A DNA stretch of 64,000 nt from the human T2T-CHM13v2.0 reference genome, Homo sapiens. Shown piece by piece: positions 12,423 through 31,915 of this stretch (positions are counted from its first letter, which is position 1; each line of letters starts with the position of its first letter). The position numbers were made by a program, and so were the translations under genes. The DNA is taken from the NCBI RefSeq assembly GCF_009914755.1, contig NC_060940.1; one strand, 5' to 3'. Under the pieces are notes generated by a model. The model was given only the letters and a program-made list of their open reading frames with translations. It was not told where the DNA came from and searched no databases.

Positions 12423-13399
12423 ATGTCATGGGATAATTCATGCAGTAGATTGGAAGAGAGGCATAGAACAAAATAGAAAAAAAATATCTGCCTCCATCAC
12501 AATTTGACCTGCTTTGGTGTACTGGAGAAGCCATCATCTTTTAAGATAAGTCCAAAAGGAACTTCCACATTGTGCAAAGAAAGCTCGTCTTGTACTAGGA
12601 GTAGAAAGAGGAAAAGAACAATACATTCTCTGCCCTTAGGAGAACTACAATTTACTTAGAAAACAGAATACGTGGTACAAAACTAGGATCACTACTTATT
12701 GAAGGGCAGATTGCACCATGAATGATGTCCTCTAAAATTGTGCCCAGTACAGCCTGTAAAGCTATGGACCATGGCATTGTAAAGATGGCTTAAGGTAAGT
12801 CATCAGCAAATCTAAATAAACTTAGGGAAGCATTCTCCAAATTGTGTCCTGTGGAATAATTATTGTTCAGGAGAGGCAGCACCTAGAGCTGACTTTTCTG
12901 GAGTTCTTCAGAGGAACTTTGGACTCTTCTAGAGTTAAAAACACTGAGAAAGGGGAGATCTGAGCCAGTTCTTCTCCACATGACAGCTCTCTAAGTCTGT
13001 GTGCATCTAGTAAGCCTTCCGCAGAGCTGAGCAGCTCTCAAGCTCATTGGTCTTAGCCAAAGAACAATCTTGTTTCCAAGATATGTTTGCTGGCAATTCA
13101 GATTACACCTTCCACTTGAAGAAAGAAGCTGGGACAGATGCCAAGCCCACTGCAAGCCACTCTGGTTCTTATAATGGCACTTACAGGGGCTGTAGAAAAT
13201 ATAAACTGGATCATTCACTCAAGACAGAAGAGCAGTCATAACCATAAAATTCTCATTCAGGTCAATTCAATCAATAGAAACCAAAAGATTAATCTTTCCC
13301 GGTTCTGCCACCAACCAATTTAAAGAAAACATAATCTGATAGATAGATAGATAGATAAAGAAGGAGAGAGACAGAGGGATTTGATATGTACACATATAC

Positions 13400-14830
13400 A
13401 TACCTAAATCATATGTATACAACTCAACAACTTATTACAGCACCCAGATAAAAATAATAGACTATGACTGCGTGCATTGGCTCATGCCTGTAATCCTAGC
13501 ACTTTGGGAGGCTGAGGTGGAGGGATGGCTTGAGGCCATGAGTTCCAGACCAGCCTGGACAACATTGCAAGACCCCGTCTCTGTAAAAAGAAATTAAGCC
13601 AGCCATGGTGGCACACACCTGTCCCTGCTACTTGGGAGGCTAAGGCAGGAGGATCACTGCAGCCCAGGAGTTCAAGGCTGCAGTGAGCTATGATCACACC
13701 CCTGCACCCCAGCTTGGACAACAGAGAGAGACCCTGCCACTAAAAAAAAAAAAAAAAAAGTAGATCATAACCAACAACAAGAATTCCCCCTCCCCCACTT
13801 TTTGCTTCATTTTATTATATTCTATAGAAATTTGAATCAAACAGTATGTATATTTCTATGGTATCTTCTTTTCATCCTATGCTTATGAGATTCATTCATA
13901 TTGTTGCATATGATTGTGGATGATTCATACTCAATGCATAGTATCCCATTGTGTGACTATACCATTTACTTATCCATTGTGAGACCATACACATTTATTT
14001 ATGTATGTGGCTGTGGATGGGCATTTGAGGAGTTTCTACTTTTTGGCTCTTACAGATTGTGCTCCTGTAAACACTTTGGTACATATCTTTGGTATGAATT
14101 ACATGTATGAATTTCTCCTGAATATATATGCAAGAGTGGAACTTCTGTGTTGCAGAATATATGTAAATTCAGCTTTAGTAGATATTGCCCAACTGTTCTC
14201 CAAAGTGGTTATTTCCATTTACACTCTAACTAGCAGTGTTCCAGTTGACACATGGTTTCACAAACTCTTGGCATTTTTTTGTCTTTTCCACTTGAGCCAT
14301 TTGAGCCATATGATTGATGTATAGGTGATACTGCACTGTAGTTTTAATCAGCGTATCCTGGATGGCTAGGGAAATGCATCATGTTTTCATATGTTTATTG
14401 GTCATTTGGATCCCTTCTTTTGTGAATTATCTGTACAAGTGTTTTGCTCACTTTTCCATTAGTTTATCTTTCTCTTCCATATTGATTTGTAGGAGTTTTA
14501 AGTGTATTTTTGTGTAAATCTCATGGATATCCACATTTTGGAGGTGGCCTTTTCACTTTACTGTATCTTTTGATGGACTGACATTTTCCATCTTTAATAA
14601 ACTCCAATTTACCAATTGTCTTTCTTTCAGGGTTAGCAATTTTTTTGTCCTGTTTAAGAAAGCTTTGCCTAGTCCAAGGTCATAAGTATTTTATCCTATT
14701 TTTCTCTAAAACTTATGTTGCCATTCACACTTAGGCTTACAATCTATCTGGGATTAATTTTTTGTATGATGTGAGATAAGGGTAAATACATTTTTTTCCC
14801 AATATCTAATTTACAACTGTCGAGTTTTAA
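13400..14830 (-). mobile_element. Old L1M (MC/ME-like) 3' region interrupted by an Alu
   Basis: gagattcattcatattgttgc...ttgccaactgttctccaaagtggtt...tttaagaaagctttgcctagtccaaggtcat. Confidence 0.8.
13466..13759 (+). mobile_element. AluJ
   Basis: gcccaggagttcaaggctgcagtgagctatgatc J diagnostics, poly-A tail. Confidence 0.92.
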
Positions 14831-15049
14831 TCCTGATGTAAGACCAGCAGATTTTTTTTTTATTTAGGAAGCCAGCATGGGATAGAGAGAGAAATTCTGG
14901 TTTATCTGGAACATGCCACCAGAGCAGAAAAATATGAGTATTTATATTTATATAATTGTACTGAGGCTTTGTGTAAAGGGTCTTCAAAATGAAGCTAAGT
15001 CTGCTTTTCCAACCTAGTGACCTGTTGTTTTCCACAAAAGCATAAGACC

Positions 15050-15430
15050 CTGTGACTAACTGTGGCTGCCCTGTCACAGCATGCTTTGTCATGCCACGAT
15101 GCTTCTGCACATGACATCCTCTGCCTGGGATGCCTTCTCTGCCTCTTGTTTATCTCCTGCTACTTTTTCAGAACTATTCTCCAACACTCCCTGTCTAGGA
15201 AGAGGTCTCTGATTCTGTCCCTATTACAGTTAGTTTCTTTCGTAACATATTTTACCTGTTCCTGCAATAGCAATTATCTCACCCACATCTAATTATTTCT
15301 ATGCCTCACTTTCACTAGACCATGAACTCTTTGAAGGCAGACATTGTGATTTATCTTGGCATCTCCACCATTCAGCACAGTGACCAGCCCACATAAAAAC
15401 TTAATATGTTTTTATTTGATCAATGTTAAA
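15050..15430 (+). mobile_element. L2 3' region
   Basis: ctctgcctgggatgccttc...actagaccatgaactctttgaaggcagacattgtg. Confidence 0.7.
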
Positions 15431-15619
15431 TAAGTCAGGGTAGTGGGAATGCCATCAATAGAAGCATTGGAAGATGGAAATGTGATGGTGACATGTCTCA
15501 GAAAGTACAAAAGATGATACATATAAGGCCTTTGGCAACATCAACCTCCTTGAATAAGAAAAAAAACTAAGAGAGGAAGAGGGAAAATAGCAGAGACAAT
15601 GAAGGAAGGAAAAAAAAGG

Positions 15620-17540
<1,921 letters not shown>

Positions 17541-18104
17541 TAGGAATTAAAAAAGGGAGGAAAAAAAAACAGAGAAAACTGATGAAGTCACAACCATATG
17601 CAATTTGTGAAGTTTAGGATTAAATCCCAACTCTGCCACTTATAAACTATATGTTTGTGGACAAGTTGCTTAACTTCTCTGAGCCACTCCTCCATTCATT
17701 ATTGCATTAATAATACTTACCTTTGGATGGTTGTTAAAAAATTAGAGAGAATGTCCATGACATGTGGATGTCAGGAGTTACATAGTCAAAAACTAATGTT
17801 CCGAACTGTCTTCACTAACTCAAAGGTGTCAAAAATTTTAATAACTTTTTCTTTCTTTCCCATGTCTCTTTCCTTCAAAAATAAAAGTCACAGATGCTCA
17901 TAGTGTTCACGTTGGTTTGGTCATCTTAGACTTATATATTCAGAGACATGTAAGTTTTAGAACCATTGATCATTTCAAGTATGGCAAATCCCAGCACTAT
18001 ATACTTCATTATAAAATCTGCAGAAAATGTGTGCCTCTGATGCAAGTGGATTTTAAAGTATGCATGAATTTTTGTCAGTATGACTAAAATAGTAGTAGAA
18101 CATT

Positions 18105-18540
18105 CTATACTATTTCCCAAACTTCCATTTTTTGCTTACCCCTTTTATAAGAGTTGCCATTATTTACTTTATATCTTTAAATGACCCACTTTTTTTACTT
18201 AATCTCAAAAAGCAACTTGGGGTACTATTACATATGGAGTACCAATATCATTGTCCATAAACTGAAAATAAACATTTCAAAATTGAATAAATGCAAAACA
18301 ACATGGTACAAGCTGGCTACAAACTATGGGTTTTTCAGGGCTCTGAGTCTGAGGCTTGCTCTATTTTGCTGAAAGAAAGAGAAAGAGCTTGAGAGAAATT
18401 GATTAGCAAACGTTGCAGAGGTGTTAAAAACATACTAGCACCTAGCTGAGACTTTCTCCTTGGAATCATAAGGAATGAAGCAATTTAAAAGGAAATACCT
18501 TTCTCAATGTGCAATTCAATTTCATTAATGTTCTGTTTCT
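18105..18540 (+). mobile_element. hAT-Charlie MITE (MER113-like), second copy
   Basis: tttcccaaacttcc...actagcacctagctgagactttctcctt parallels 1740-2245. Confidence 0.55.
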
Positions 18541-19924
18541 AAGCTTTCATTCTCTCATATATAAAAAATGGAGATAATAATAGCACCTACTTCATAGATT
18601 TGGGTGTATGATAGGCAAAATAATTTATATCAGACTCTTAGCACAGGGCCAGGCTTATAGATGACACTCAAGAAATATTAGCTAAAATTTAAAATATACA
18701 CACACATTTTTCTTGTTCATGGGGAAATTACAAATAGGTTTCTTGTCATTTACCTTTTCTATACACATGTTGAAATTGCTGGAGGACTCCTTTAAAGAGG
18801 AAGTCACCATGACAAGTTAATGGTCTATAATATTAACTTGTTAGCAGACTTTTTAATTTTAAAATTTCTGGACTACATATAGAAATAGGATTAGTTACTA
18901 AAAGACATTTTAAAACTAGCACTCTCTGCTACATAGATTTCTGAATTTATTATTCTACTCTGTTACTCTCCATGTAGGGGGAGATCATGTCTCCTACTTT
19001 TTCAGCTCCCCCAGCTCTGTCCCTCTCTCTTTCTCTCTAATGTGCACACACACAGCCTGTCACCACAGTGAACACTCAATTAATACTTGCATACTATGGA
19101 AGTCTTCTTTAAAGATGTAAGCCCCAGGTCTGTCTCATCTTCAAAATACTGTTCAACAGGGAAGATATAACTGTGTAACACTCATCATTTCTCTAGCTTA
19201 ATAATAAAAATTTTGATTCTACTGAAAATTTTAGCAGCAAATGAAAGAAAACTTTTTATAAATTTGAATTTAGGAAAACTTCAAAAAATAAAACCAGAAA
19301 CTTCTAGAAATAATAATATATTTATTCCTGGTGGAAAAAATCTAAAGCTCTCAACATTAGCACTACACCTTTTTCTTTCATTGACATGAGCTGTTAATTA
19401 ATTGCATTTTTTTGCTCTCAAAAACAATAAAGAACAAACAACATAAAAAGAAGATTTTGTCAAATCATCACCATATCTTAGACATAATGTTTTCTTCACT
19501 TTCATCAGATTGTCACCATCCATTAGATATGTTAATATTTATGGAGCATTTATAGAAGAAATCTGTTAGAATTAATAAATAATAAGGCAACATCTTTTAA
19601 AAAATAAATCAAGAATCTCATTACAAAGATGCCCATAATTTACTGCAGCAATAAAAAATAGAAAAGCAGTTAGCAGACAGGATTATATTTCATTATTCAA
19701 AATATCTAGCTACCTCCAAAGTGTTTTTTTAAACAATGGAATAAAATGTTTTGACAACTCCAACTTCTGGGAATCTTTTCATCAATATGTCTAAGGCCAT
19801 AAGTAATTAGATATGTACAGCAATTCATGCTGAGAGATTTTCTTTTTCCTGATTTGAGCTCAAGATATTATATTATATTTGCTAATACATTATTCAGGAT
19901 TATAGTCTATATATTTCAAATTGA

Positions 19925-20025
19925 GGCTGATTTTCCTATTTTGTGCTCTTTTAGCAGGTTTTAGTATTAAGATTATATGAACATCCTAAAATTGATTAAA
20001 AAGTTACTTCTATTTCTACTACTAA
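19925..20025 (-). mobile_element. Short L1 ORF2-like fragment inside the candidate EVE
   Basis: ttttgtgctcttttagcaggttttagtattaagattatatgaacatcctaaaattga resembles antisense L1M ORF2. Confidence 0.5.
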
Positions 20026-20782
20026 GAAACATGTTGACTGACTATTTTGCAAAATCTTCTACCGATTAGAAATTCCTGAGAGGAATGGGAAATAAAATGT
20101 TTAAATTTTCTTCAGCATGAAAAGATAAAGGAAATGAAAATATTAAAAATTGTAGATGCAAGCATTTTTTTTCTTTAGTAGAATAGTGATAAGAGGATAA
20201 AGGTATTATACTATATACCAGCAGATCAGAGCTCTGGTTAACTTTAGTTCTCCTCTTCTTCAGTTCAAAAATATAATTTATCTTTCATGGTATTATTGAA
20301 TTCTAGTTTCAATGATAATCATGGTCTTAGGAATAAAGGAGTTAGCTTTCTATTCAAAACTCAATGTTTTCAAATCTTTGCCTTAATAACTAAACTGGAT
20401 CAATTGCAGAGCTGATGTGATTGAATATGCTAAGGATTTTTAGTCACATAGGTAGAAAAAAGATCACAATTTGATCCAAAATAGTCACTTCATGAATATA
20501 TTTTATCTGTAAGTTGTTGAGAAATGAACAGTAATTTTGACACTAGCCAGTGCTTACATTGATTTTGTTTTGGATTTTAGACTTTAATAAACAGCTTGTT
20601 AGATTACAAATGCTTTGAACTGATTTTTATTGACTTGAGCAAAGTATAAGTTTGGCAGGTTTTTTGGTGTTTCAAAATTTTACCAGTATTGAGTATTTCA
20701 AATAAGTTTCTTATAAACAGCATCTATTGGATGGTATTTTAAAAATTCATTCTGTGTCCTGAAGACTTTCTTATAAAAAATA

Positions 20783-20872
20783 AAATCTGTTCTGTCAATA
20801 TCTGTCTTTTAATTGGTATATTTAGACCATTTGTATTTAAGGTAATTGTTCGTATGTCAGGGTTTAAGTCTG
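20783..20872 (-). mobile_element. Short L1M fragment (ORF2 start region) inside the candidate EVE
   Basis: tctgtcaatatctgtcttttaattggtatatttagaccatttgtatttaaggtaattgtt...gggtttaagtctg. Confidence 0.7.
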
Positions 20873-21308
20873 TTCCAAATATGTTCATGAATGTCATTTC
20901 AAGATATTAATGTGAGATTAAGGGTTAGAAGAAATGGTTTTCTGACAAATCAGATAACAATTTCAGGCTGAGTGATAAATTACTTTTTACTGCCCATCAA
21001 TAGAGTAGCCCTCACCTAGTTATGCCTGGACATTAGACTCTTGACTTATGTTGTGAGATGCTTCAATAAACTGCTCAATAAATCCACTACTTAATTTATT
21101 ATAGGAGGGGTTTTGAATATATCACCCACTGTATTCATTGTCCTCTTTGTAAATGGCAAATTAAAATTGTATTTTAGGAATCACAAGAAAGTTTTATGTC
21201 TTCTGAGGAATAAAAATGGATTTTTTAATGAACAAAATGATTTCAGAATGTAATATTTCACATTTTGCTTTGACTCCCAGGAGGTTCAGTGTCAATTTTT
21301 TAATTTTA

Positions 21309-23950
<2,642 letters not shown>

Positions 23951-26198
23951 CCAAGTCCCTGATTTATTTCTATTTTATTTTATTTCTTATATTCATTTGA
24001 GTGGTTTCAAATGTTTTTCAACTACTGCAGGGCTGAAATATGTAAATAAATGACATTAATCCAAAACTACTGTCTTGATTGTATCCTATCCAATGTGTGT
24101 TTTTAAAGTTGTTCTTTAAGGTCTTCAATATTCTCTAAGAAATCACACTTAAAGATAATTTTTTTCAATCAACTTTGATTGTTCAAGATTATCATTGGAG
24201 TCTCAAGAGTGATACAAGAACCGACACTCAATTTATATGTGGAAGCTACAGTGGATGAGCAGTTGTTGGCTAGTGAATTGAATTCATTTTTCTAAGCCAA
24301 TCTCTTTAATGAGAAAAATGAAGGAAATAAAATGGGACATTTAAGAACTAATAGAAATCTTGACTATTATAACTACTGACGAAGGACAATTAAAAAATCC
24401 TTTTAAAATTTTTAATAGAAATAAATGAAAATGTTGAAATGACAGGCACCCAGAGGAAAGAAGGACATCTGTTAAGTTTAACTGTTGCATTACTCCTAAT
24501 CATTTTCTCTGAATCAATGAAAAATCTTGCAACTTTTTAAAAAAGTACTATAAATAATGATCTCTAAGTTTATCGACAAATAAAAATGAATTAATACTGT
24601 TTCCAGTGTGTTCCTAATTAAGGAACTATAAGGGACTATATATCATATAGTCCCATGATGTATTCAGAATCGTCAGTCATGTTTCATTACATGAAGAAAT
24701 GGTGAAAAGTCAGAGTAGAAAGTTCTTTTTAATTAATTAAGGAGGTTTGCCAAAGGGTGAAGGAACAGTAATTGAAACTGCACAACACAACCCACATCTC
24801 TAGGAAATTTCTTCAAAAAACACCATTTTTTAGTTCTAGGTTTTTCCAAGACCTATATAGTGTGATAATACTTATAAAATTTTCAAAGATCACATACAAA
24901 GAGGAAAAAAGGTACTCCAAAATCCAGTGGGATTCATTTAAGGGCAAAGAAAGTCTGCCGTATATTCCTAGCTATATTCAAGAGTCCCTATATTGTCCAA
25001 GTCAAATGTTTGCCAGATTTCCATGTAGGTAAAACTGAGGTTTTAGGGGAGGTAAAGTACAAGGGACAGTATTCTTGAAGAAGGTCTTCATGATGGTTTT
25101 CACGTTCAGTGATCTTTTTGGCCTGCTTGGGATTCAAATACAGTAACAGTAATCTGTTTCCTTTTGCCAATGTTTGCTTGAGCATTTATCTACTCATATT
25201 GAGAAGGAGTCCAGTATTTTCTTCTAAATGCTTCTACTTAGTTGTCTATGAAAACCAGGGCCTATTTGGAAGTGTTGGAGAATCAGGTAAGTCCCCTTGT
25301 CACGTGGGAATAGCGTCACTCTTGAACACCAGTTCTACAAAATCATATACCTAGTTTGTAGTCAGATTGTGATATATATATTAAAAACATATATGCAAAA
25401 CACCAAGCTCATATGATCATAGGTGATCTTGCCTCATGGTGAGTTATACCTACAGAACTCATGTTGGGTTATCCCAGACTATCAGGCAGATTCTAGTAAT
25501 GTTGTACCTCAAAGGGGGTTGTGTCTATGAAGTTTTCTAGAACACGACTCTCTCCCAAGAAGCCCAATGGCCCAAATACCCACCTCCCTCCCCACTACAA
25601 ATTCTTTGGAGGAGCAGCCTTTGCCAGGTCAGAAGAAATCCTGCAGTATCTGTTCCAGGGAGTGCCTGCTTACCTTATGTTTACATAACTACAGCAAGCC
25701 TTCAAGAGGAGATTTTTTCCATCCATCTAAACAGGTAGTGGCTGAAAGTTTCGCTTACAAAACAGAGATGACTACTCTTAGAAAAAAGCAAAAAGAAATT
25801 TACCTTTGGTGTTCCCACTCCTCCTAGTGAAATATACCTATCCCAACAAGGCTTTGTTCTGTAGAGTTCTATCTTGGCCTCTTTTCTTCTCAGTCTATAT
25901 GCTCTTCCCAGTCAGTTCTATCTGGCACTGTTCAATGTATGTGTGTGGATAACTCCCAAATCTGACTCTCCAGCCCAGAGCACTGTCCTCAGCTTCAGAT
26001 GCACACACCTAGCTCTTCTAGTTACCTCCACCCAGATATTTCACAGACATCTCAAACTCACCACAAGTGAACTTGCTTTCATCCCGCTACTCCAATTACC
26101 ATTGCCAAACCTGCTCCTCCTCCTGCCTTCCTCGGCATCATTTCCTGGCACCATGGTCTGCCCATGGCCTGGGCCAGAAACCTGGGAGCCATCCTTGA

Positions 26199-26604
<406 letters not shown>

Positions 26605-27110
26605 TGCCATTACACTTTATAAGTTACCATTGTCTCTTGTTTGGATTACTCCAATGGCCTCTTAACCAGTTATCAAATCACCAGGTTCTTCTCTCTTTAA
26701 TCCATTTTCCACCATGCAGTCAAAGTGGCCCCTCCAAAAGGAAATCTGATCTCTTAGTCACCATCCTTCTACAATACCTATGATATCTAAAACTTGTTCT
26801 GAATTCCATAAGAATGATGTTTAAACTTCATTCAGGACAAGTTTCCCACAAAGCATTTTGACCTGGCTCTTGCCTCATTCTCATTTTTTTTCTCTCACGC
26901 TCTCTTCCCTTCCCTGTCTTCATCCTTCCCCCTCCACCACCTGACCTTTCCAGACACATTATAATCCTCTCTTTTCTGCCTGTAGGCCTCTGCACATGTG
27001 CATGTTGCTTCTTCTGTCACAGTGCTGCTTCTCACCCTTTTGGCCTGATGTTTACACATCATTCAAAGCTCATCTTAAATGTCACTTCCCATGGAAAGCC
27101 CTCTTTACTC

Positions 27111-27304
27111 TCTTAGATTAGATTAGGTGCCCCTTCTATAACCTTCTAGAACCAGATATTTCCCTCATCAAAGCTCTTGCCCCACTTTTAATTAATTAAT
27201 TGATCTTAGATTTAGATTATTTAATCTTAGATTAGATTAGGTGCCCCTTCTAGAACCTTCTAGAACCAGGTATTTCCCTCATCAAGGCTCTTGCCCTACT
27301 TTAT
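27111..27304. repeat. 80-bp direct duplication (27111-27190 / 27225-27304) with a 34-bp filler
   Basis: 4 mismatches in 80 bp by manual alignment. Confidence 0.9.
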
Positions 27305-27519
27305 TAGTTATGTCAATAAATATTTGGTGGGCATCTGTTATGTACCAGGCAATGGAATGATACAAGAAAGAACTAAATGCAGTCTCTTCTTGAATGGAGA
27401 ACACAGTCTACTGGGAGAGACTGGTGCTACACAATCACCAAACTATGAGGACTGGTTGATAGGTTAATTGTTTTATCCACAAGAATGTAAGCTCTGTGAA
27501 GTTAATAATGCAACTTCTG

Positions 27520-28290
27520 GATTTGTCTTCTGAGGCTGACAGCAGCAAATGACCACAAACTTCATAGCTTCAAGTAACAGACATTAATTATCCACAGTTC
27601 TGGAGGCCAGCAATGGAGGAGGGCCACATTCCCTCTGGAGCCTGCAAGGCAGGATCCCATCCTTGCCACTTCCCTGATGGCTGCAGTGCTCCTTGGCTGC
27701 AGCTGCATCACTCCAACCTCTGCCTCCATGGTCACATCACAACCACTTCTTTTTGTTGTTGTTGTTTTCTTTTTTTTTTTTTTTTTTTTTGTGATAATGT
27801 CTCACTGTGACACCCAGGCTGGAATGCAGTAGTGCAATCATGGCTCACTGCAGCTGTGATTCCCCAGGCTCAGAGGATCCTCCCACTTCAGTCTCCCAAG
27901 AAGCTGGGACTACAGGTGCATGTCACCATGCCTGGCTAACTTTTTGTAGAGATGGGATTTCGCCATGTTGCCTAGGCTGGTCTCAAACTCCTGAGCTCAA
28001 GCTATCCTCTGCCTCAGCCTCCCATAGTGCTGGGATTATAGGCGTGAGCCACCACGCCCAGCCTGCAACCTCTTCTTCTGTCTGTCAAGACTCCCCTCTG
28101 CCTCATTCTTAGAAGGACACTTGTCATTGGATTTAGGACCACCTGGATAAGCTTCTATCAATATCCTTGATTCCATCTTTTGCCATATAAGGTAATATTC
28201 ACTCTTTTACCATATAAGGCAATATTCACAGGTTCCAGAGAACACGATATAGACCTGTCTTTTTTGGGCCTACCACTCAGGCCACTACAC
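27520..28290 (-). mobile_element. MLT1B-like LTR interrupted by AluJ (about 27750-28064, minus)
   Basis: aaatgaccacaaactt...cacagttctggaggccag...ggacacttgtcattggatttagg...gccatataaggtaatattcac. Confidence 0.82.
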
Positions 28291-28629
28291 CTGTCTTGCT
28301 TAGTATGTATTCATACTTCCTAGCTCATACCTGGTACTTGATCAATAACAGCTGAACAAAACATGAGTGTGCTATCTCCTAGGCCAGCCATCCTTGATTT
28401 TCTTTTTAGCATCCTCATTTCCTGTTGTTCTCTCCTGACATTGACAAGGAAACTCACTTGGCCCCATCTCTATTTACTCATGGCCAAGCTACTGATCCCT
28501 CCATCTAATCAAAAAGGAAAAAAAAAAAAAAAAGCCAGAATAAAAACGACCCAAAGATCAGTGAGAGACAGTGGCCAATAATAATGTGTCACTGAAAAGT
28601 GTTCTCTGACCACCTCCATGATCTACAAG

Positions 28630-29490
28630 CAGGGATGTCCCAAGGGCAGGGCAGTGGGGATGACCCACCTTGGGTGCAGCTGTAGGGAAACATGTTGTAG
28701 AGATATTAAAAGCAACAATAAAACTGACTACAAGTTGTGGTTTTTTTTCATATCAACATGCACCATCCAGTCTGAACAGTGTCAGTGATAAATACTCCTC
28801 TCTGAAAAAAAAATTTTCTCAGTTTAAGTTCTAAATAATTGTTGCATTATCTGTTAAGTTTTAACAGCATATATGTAAGCTTCAAATTAGCACATTTTTA
28901 TCACTATGCTTTAATAAATACTGCATTCTACATACAAGGTAATTTGGAGAACTCCCAGTTATGCAGTGGGACCCCGTCCCATGAGGACTCAGCAACAGAG
29001 TATGTCTCAAGGGGACAATTTTGTAAAGGTTCAAAATCCCTTGAGCTTGCTTTCAGCATAGTTTGTGTCTCTTAAGCCCTGTAGTGTGACATATTCCTGC
29101 ATTTATAAGGTCGATTTAAAATAAACAATGATAGTAAATGTAAAAATGAGAAATTTGAGTTGAGTTCTGTCATCCTTGGTGATCAATGGGAGTTTTTATT
29201 GGTGTTTAAAATAATGAAACAGTACCAATGACTAGACATAATCTTTTGTTTGGTAAAAGCAAACTTTAGTTCATATGTGAAATATTTTACTGAATTGAAA
29301 AATATCTTTAAAATTGGAATGTATTTTTTAAAATTGTTTGTTGTTTGTTTTAAAGCTAAAGGAAAAAATCATAAAATAATGATTATTACTAATTATAACA
29401 TAATTATCATTGAAAATAATATGGTTGTATAGAGAAGAGGGATTAAAAATGATCTGCTTCAGGTTTTTAAAGACACTGGGTACACCACTA
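28630..29490 (+). mobile_element. MER97 (hAT-Tip100) element
   Basis: cagggatgtcccaagggcagggcagtgggg...aatgatctgcttcagg...gggtacaccacta; degenerate 8-bp TSD tctacaag/aatacaag. Confidence 0.82.
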
Positions 29491-29519
29491 AATACAAGAC
29501 TTACACTTATAATAAACTG

Positions 29520-29950
29520 GAGATTATTGGCTGCAATATCCCTGCACTAAGTGCTTTGCATGCATTAAATTATTTAATTCACATAATAACTTTACAAAGT
29601 AGAAACTTTGTTATTACTGTTATCCCCATTTTGAAAGATGAGGCCTAAAGATGCTATGTGAGAAGTGAAGATGAGATGAGAACCAGGTGGTCTGACTCTG
29701 GAAGCTGTGTCATGAGCTATAATGATGTACCTCCTCTTAGTCACTCATACAAAAACTAACCGTCACAAGCTGCCTTGTGGTGAGTTCCAGATTTAATCCT
29801 TTAATCCTCAAAACAACCCTCCAGAGTAGTTATGATCATTCTCATATTACAGATTTAGGAAACTGAGATTCAGAGAAGTTCAGCAACTCATCTAAGATCA
29901 AAGAGCTATTACATGACAGAAAGGGCATTCTGATTCTGCCCTGCCTGGCT
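29520..29950 (-). mobile_element. Two adjacent MIR fragments
   Basis: tatccccattttgaaagatgagg and catattacagatttaggaaactgagattcagagaagtt. Confidence 0.7.
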
Positions 29951-30284
29951 CCAGAAACTTCCCACAGCCACATTACCTCCTTCCTTTTTTTTTTTTTTTT
30001 TTTTTTTCAGTAAAAAAATATCCATAGACTTCAAAGTGCTGGAAAGAGCTTCCAGACCAAACAATAGCAATTTCTGATTGGGGGGCAGTGGCCTATTCTT
30101 CCTTCCACAATAACCATGAGAGAGAGAAAGAGGAGACACAGCTGCTTGTGAATGCAAGGACCTTGCAGGATTACTGGCTTGAGGCTTGTAGGCAATGGCA
30201 GAAGCCCAGGTTAGGGAAGTCCAGGAGTTATTGCAGCAGAAGGAAAACTGAGGCACATGTATTGAGCTTCAAAATGCAACAGTA

Positions 30285-30628
<344 letters not shown>

Positions 30629-30682
30629 TCATCAGAGACAAAGTTCTCTTCCAGCAGGATAATGCAGTGCCCAGTCAAATTG

Positions 30683-30906
30683 CGGGGTGTTCAATTTTTG
30701 GCTTCCCTGGGCCACATTGGAAGAAGAATTGTCTTGGGTCACACATAAAATACACTAACACTAACCACAGCTGATGATCTAAAAAAAAAAGAAATTCTTC
30801 AAAAATCTCATAGTGTTTCTAAGAAAGTTTACGAATTTGTGTTGAGCCACATTCAATGCCATCCTAGGCTGGATGCGGCCCATGGGCAATGGGTTGGAGA
30901 AGCTTG
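30683..30906 (+). mobile_element. MER30 hAT MITE
   Basis: ggcttccctgggccacattggaagaagaattgtcttggg...gcggcccatgggcaatgggttggagaagcttg. Confidence 0.88.
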
Positions 30907-31528
30907 AACTAAAGCAGAGTAGCGTAGTGCCAAAGGAGAGAAACAATGACTATAGCTGTCTGGTTTAGGCATGGCTGGAGCAAGGTAGCATAAACAGGAC
31001 CCATCTCTCCTTTCATCTATTGGCATTAGGGTTGGGCAGAGCCTCCTCCAGTGGCCAGAAGAATGACATTTTGCACTCCAGGCTGAGGTCTTACCAGCTG
31101 CATGACCCCAGTAGAACGAACACTTCTCTCCTGGTAGCATTAGCAACATCCCCAAGGCTGACTTTTTAATGTCTCAGCTTGGGCACATGTCCATCCCTGA
31201 AACTATTAGGAAAGAAGACACAGAAGTTCTCATTTGGCGATTCTGAATTACACGCCCATCCTTGGTGCAATGGGGGCAAAGTCAGCCCACCTGAACCACA
31301 TGAATTGAGTGAGAAAAGCCATCCTACTGTTTCCAGAAGAAAAGTGAATGCATGTCAAACACACACACAAAAAACAGATGTTCACTTTGTGGCTATCTTA
31401 ATTGCCAAATGTAACAATTATTTCGCAGTCTTCCTCTGACCTGTCCTTCCCGGCACATGTCCCGCAGCTGACCATCTTCTACTTGATTTTTCGACAAGGG
31501 CTTGATCTTGGGATCATACCAATCATCA

Positions 31529-31915
<387 letters not shown>

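Noticed and set aside
19200-21200. Plus-strand snippets resembling a hAT transposase (LSKTIKN, IRYVN..IEE, several ER.F-like motifs) or the DDX60 N-terminus (ME*NVLTT)
   Set aside because: Catalytic motifs and terminal inverted repeats are missing, the ER.F motif occurs at three incompatible positions, and spacing is inconsistent; treated as chance.
24240-25530. Plus-strand peptide snippets resembling CENPI (FID....IN, PSQM, LEEG...PAWD, CDIYI) or piggyBac transposase (TVDEQLL, MKKW)
   Set aside because: They need large, inconsistent indels and the two readings are mutually exclusive. Short matches like these arise easily across frames in AT-rich DNA. The minus-strand L-protein reading fits order, overall length and the TSD better, though it also needs confirming by search.
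28180-28232. Tandem ccatataaggtaatattcac duplication
   Set aside because: As I recall, this duplication is part of the MLT1B consensus, so it is not locus-specific.
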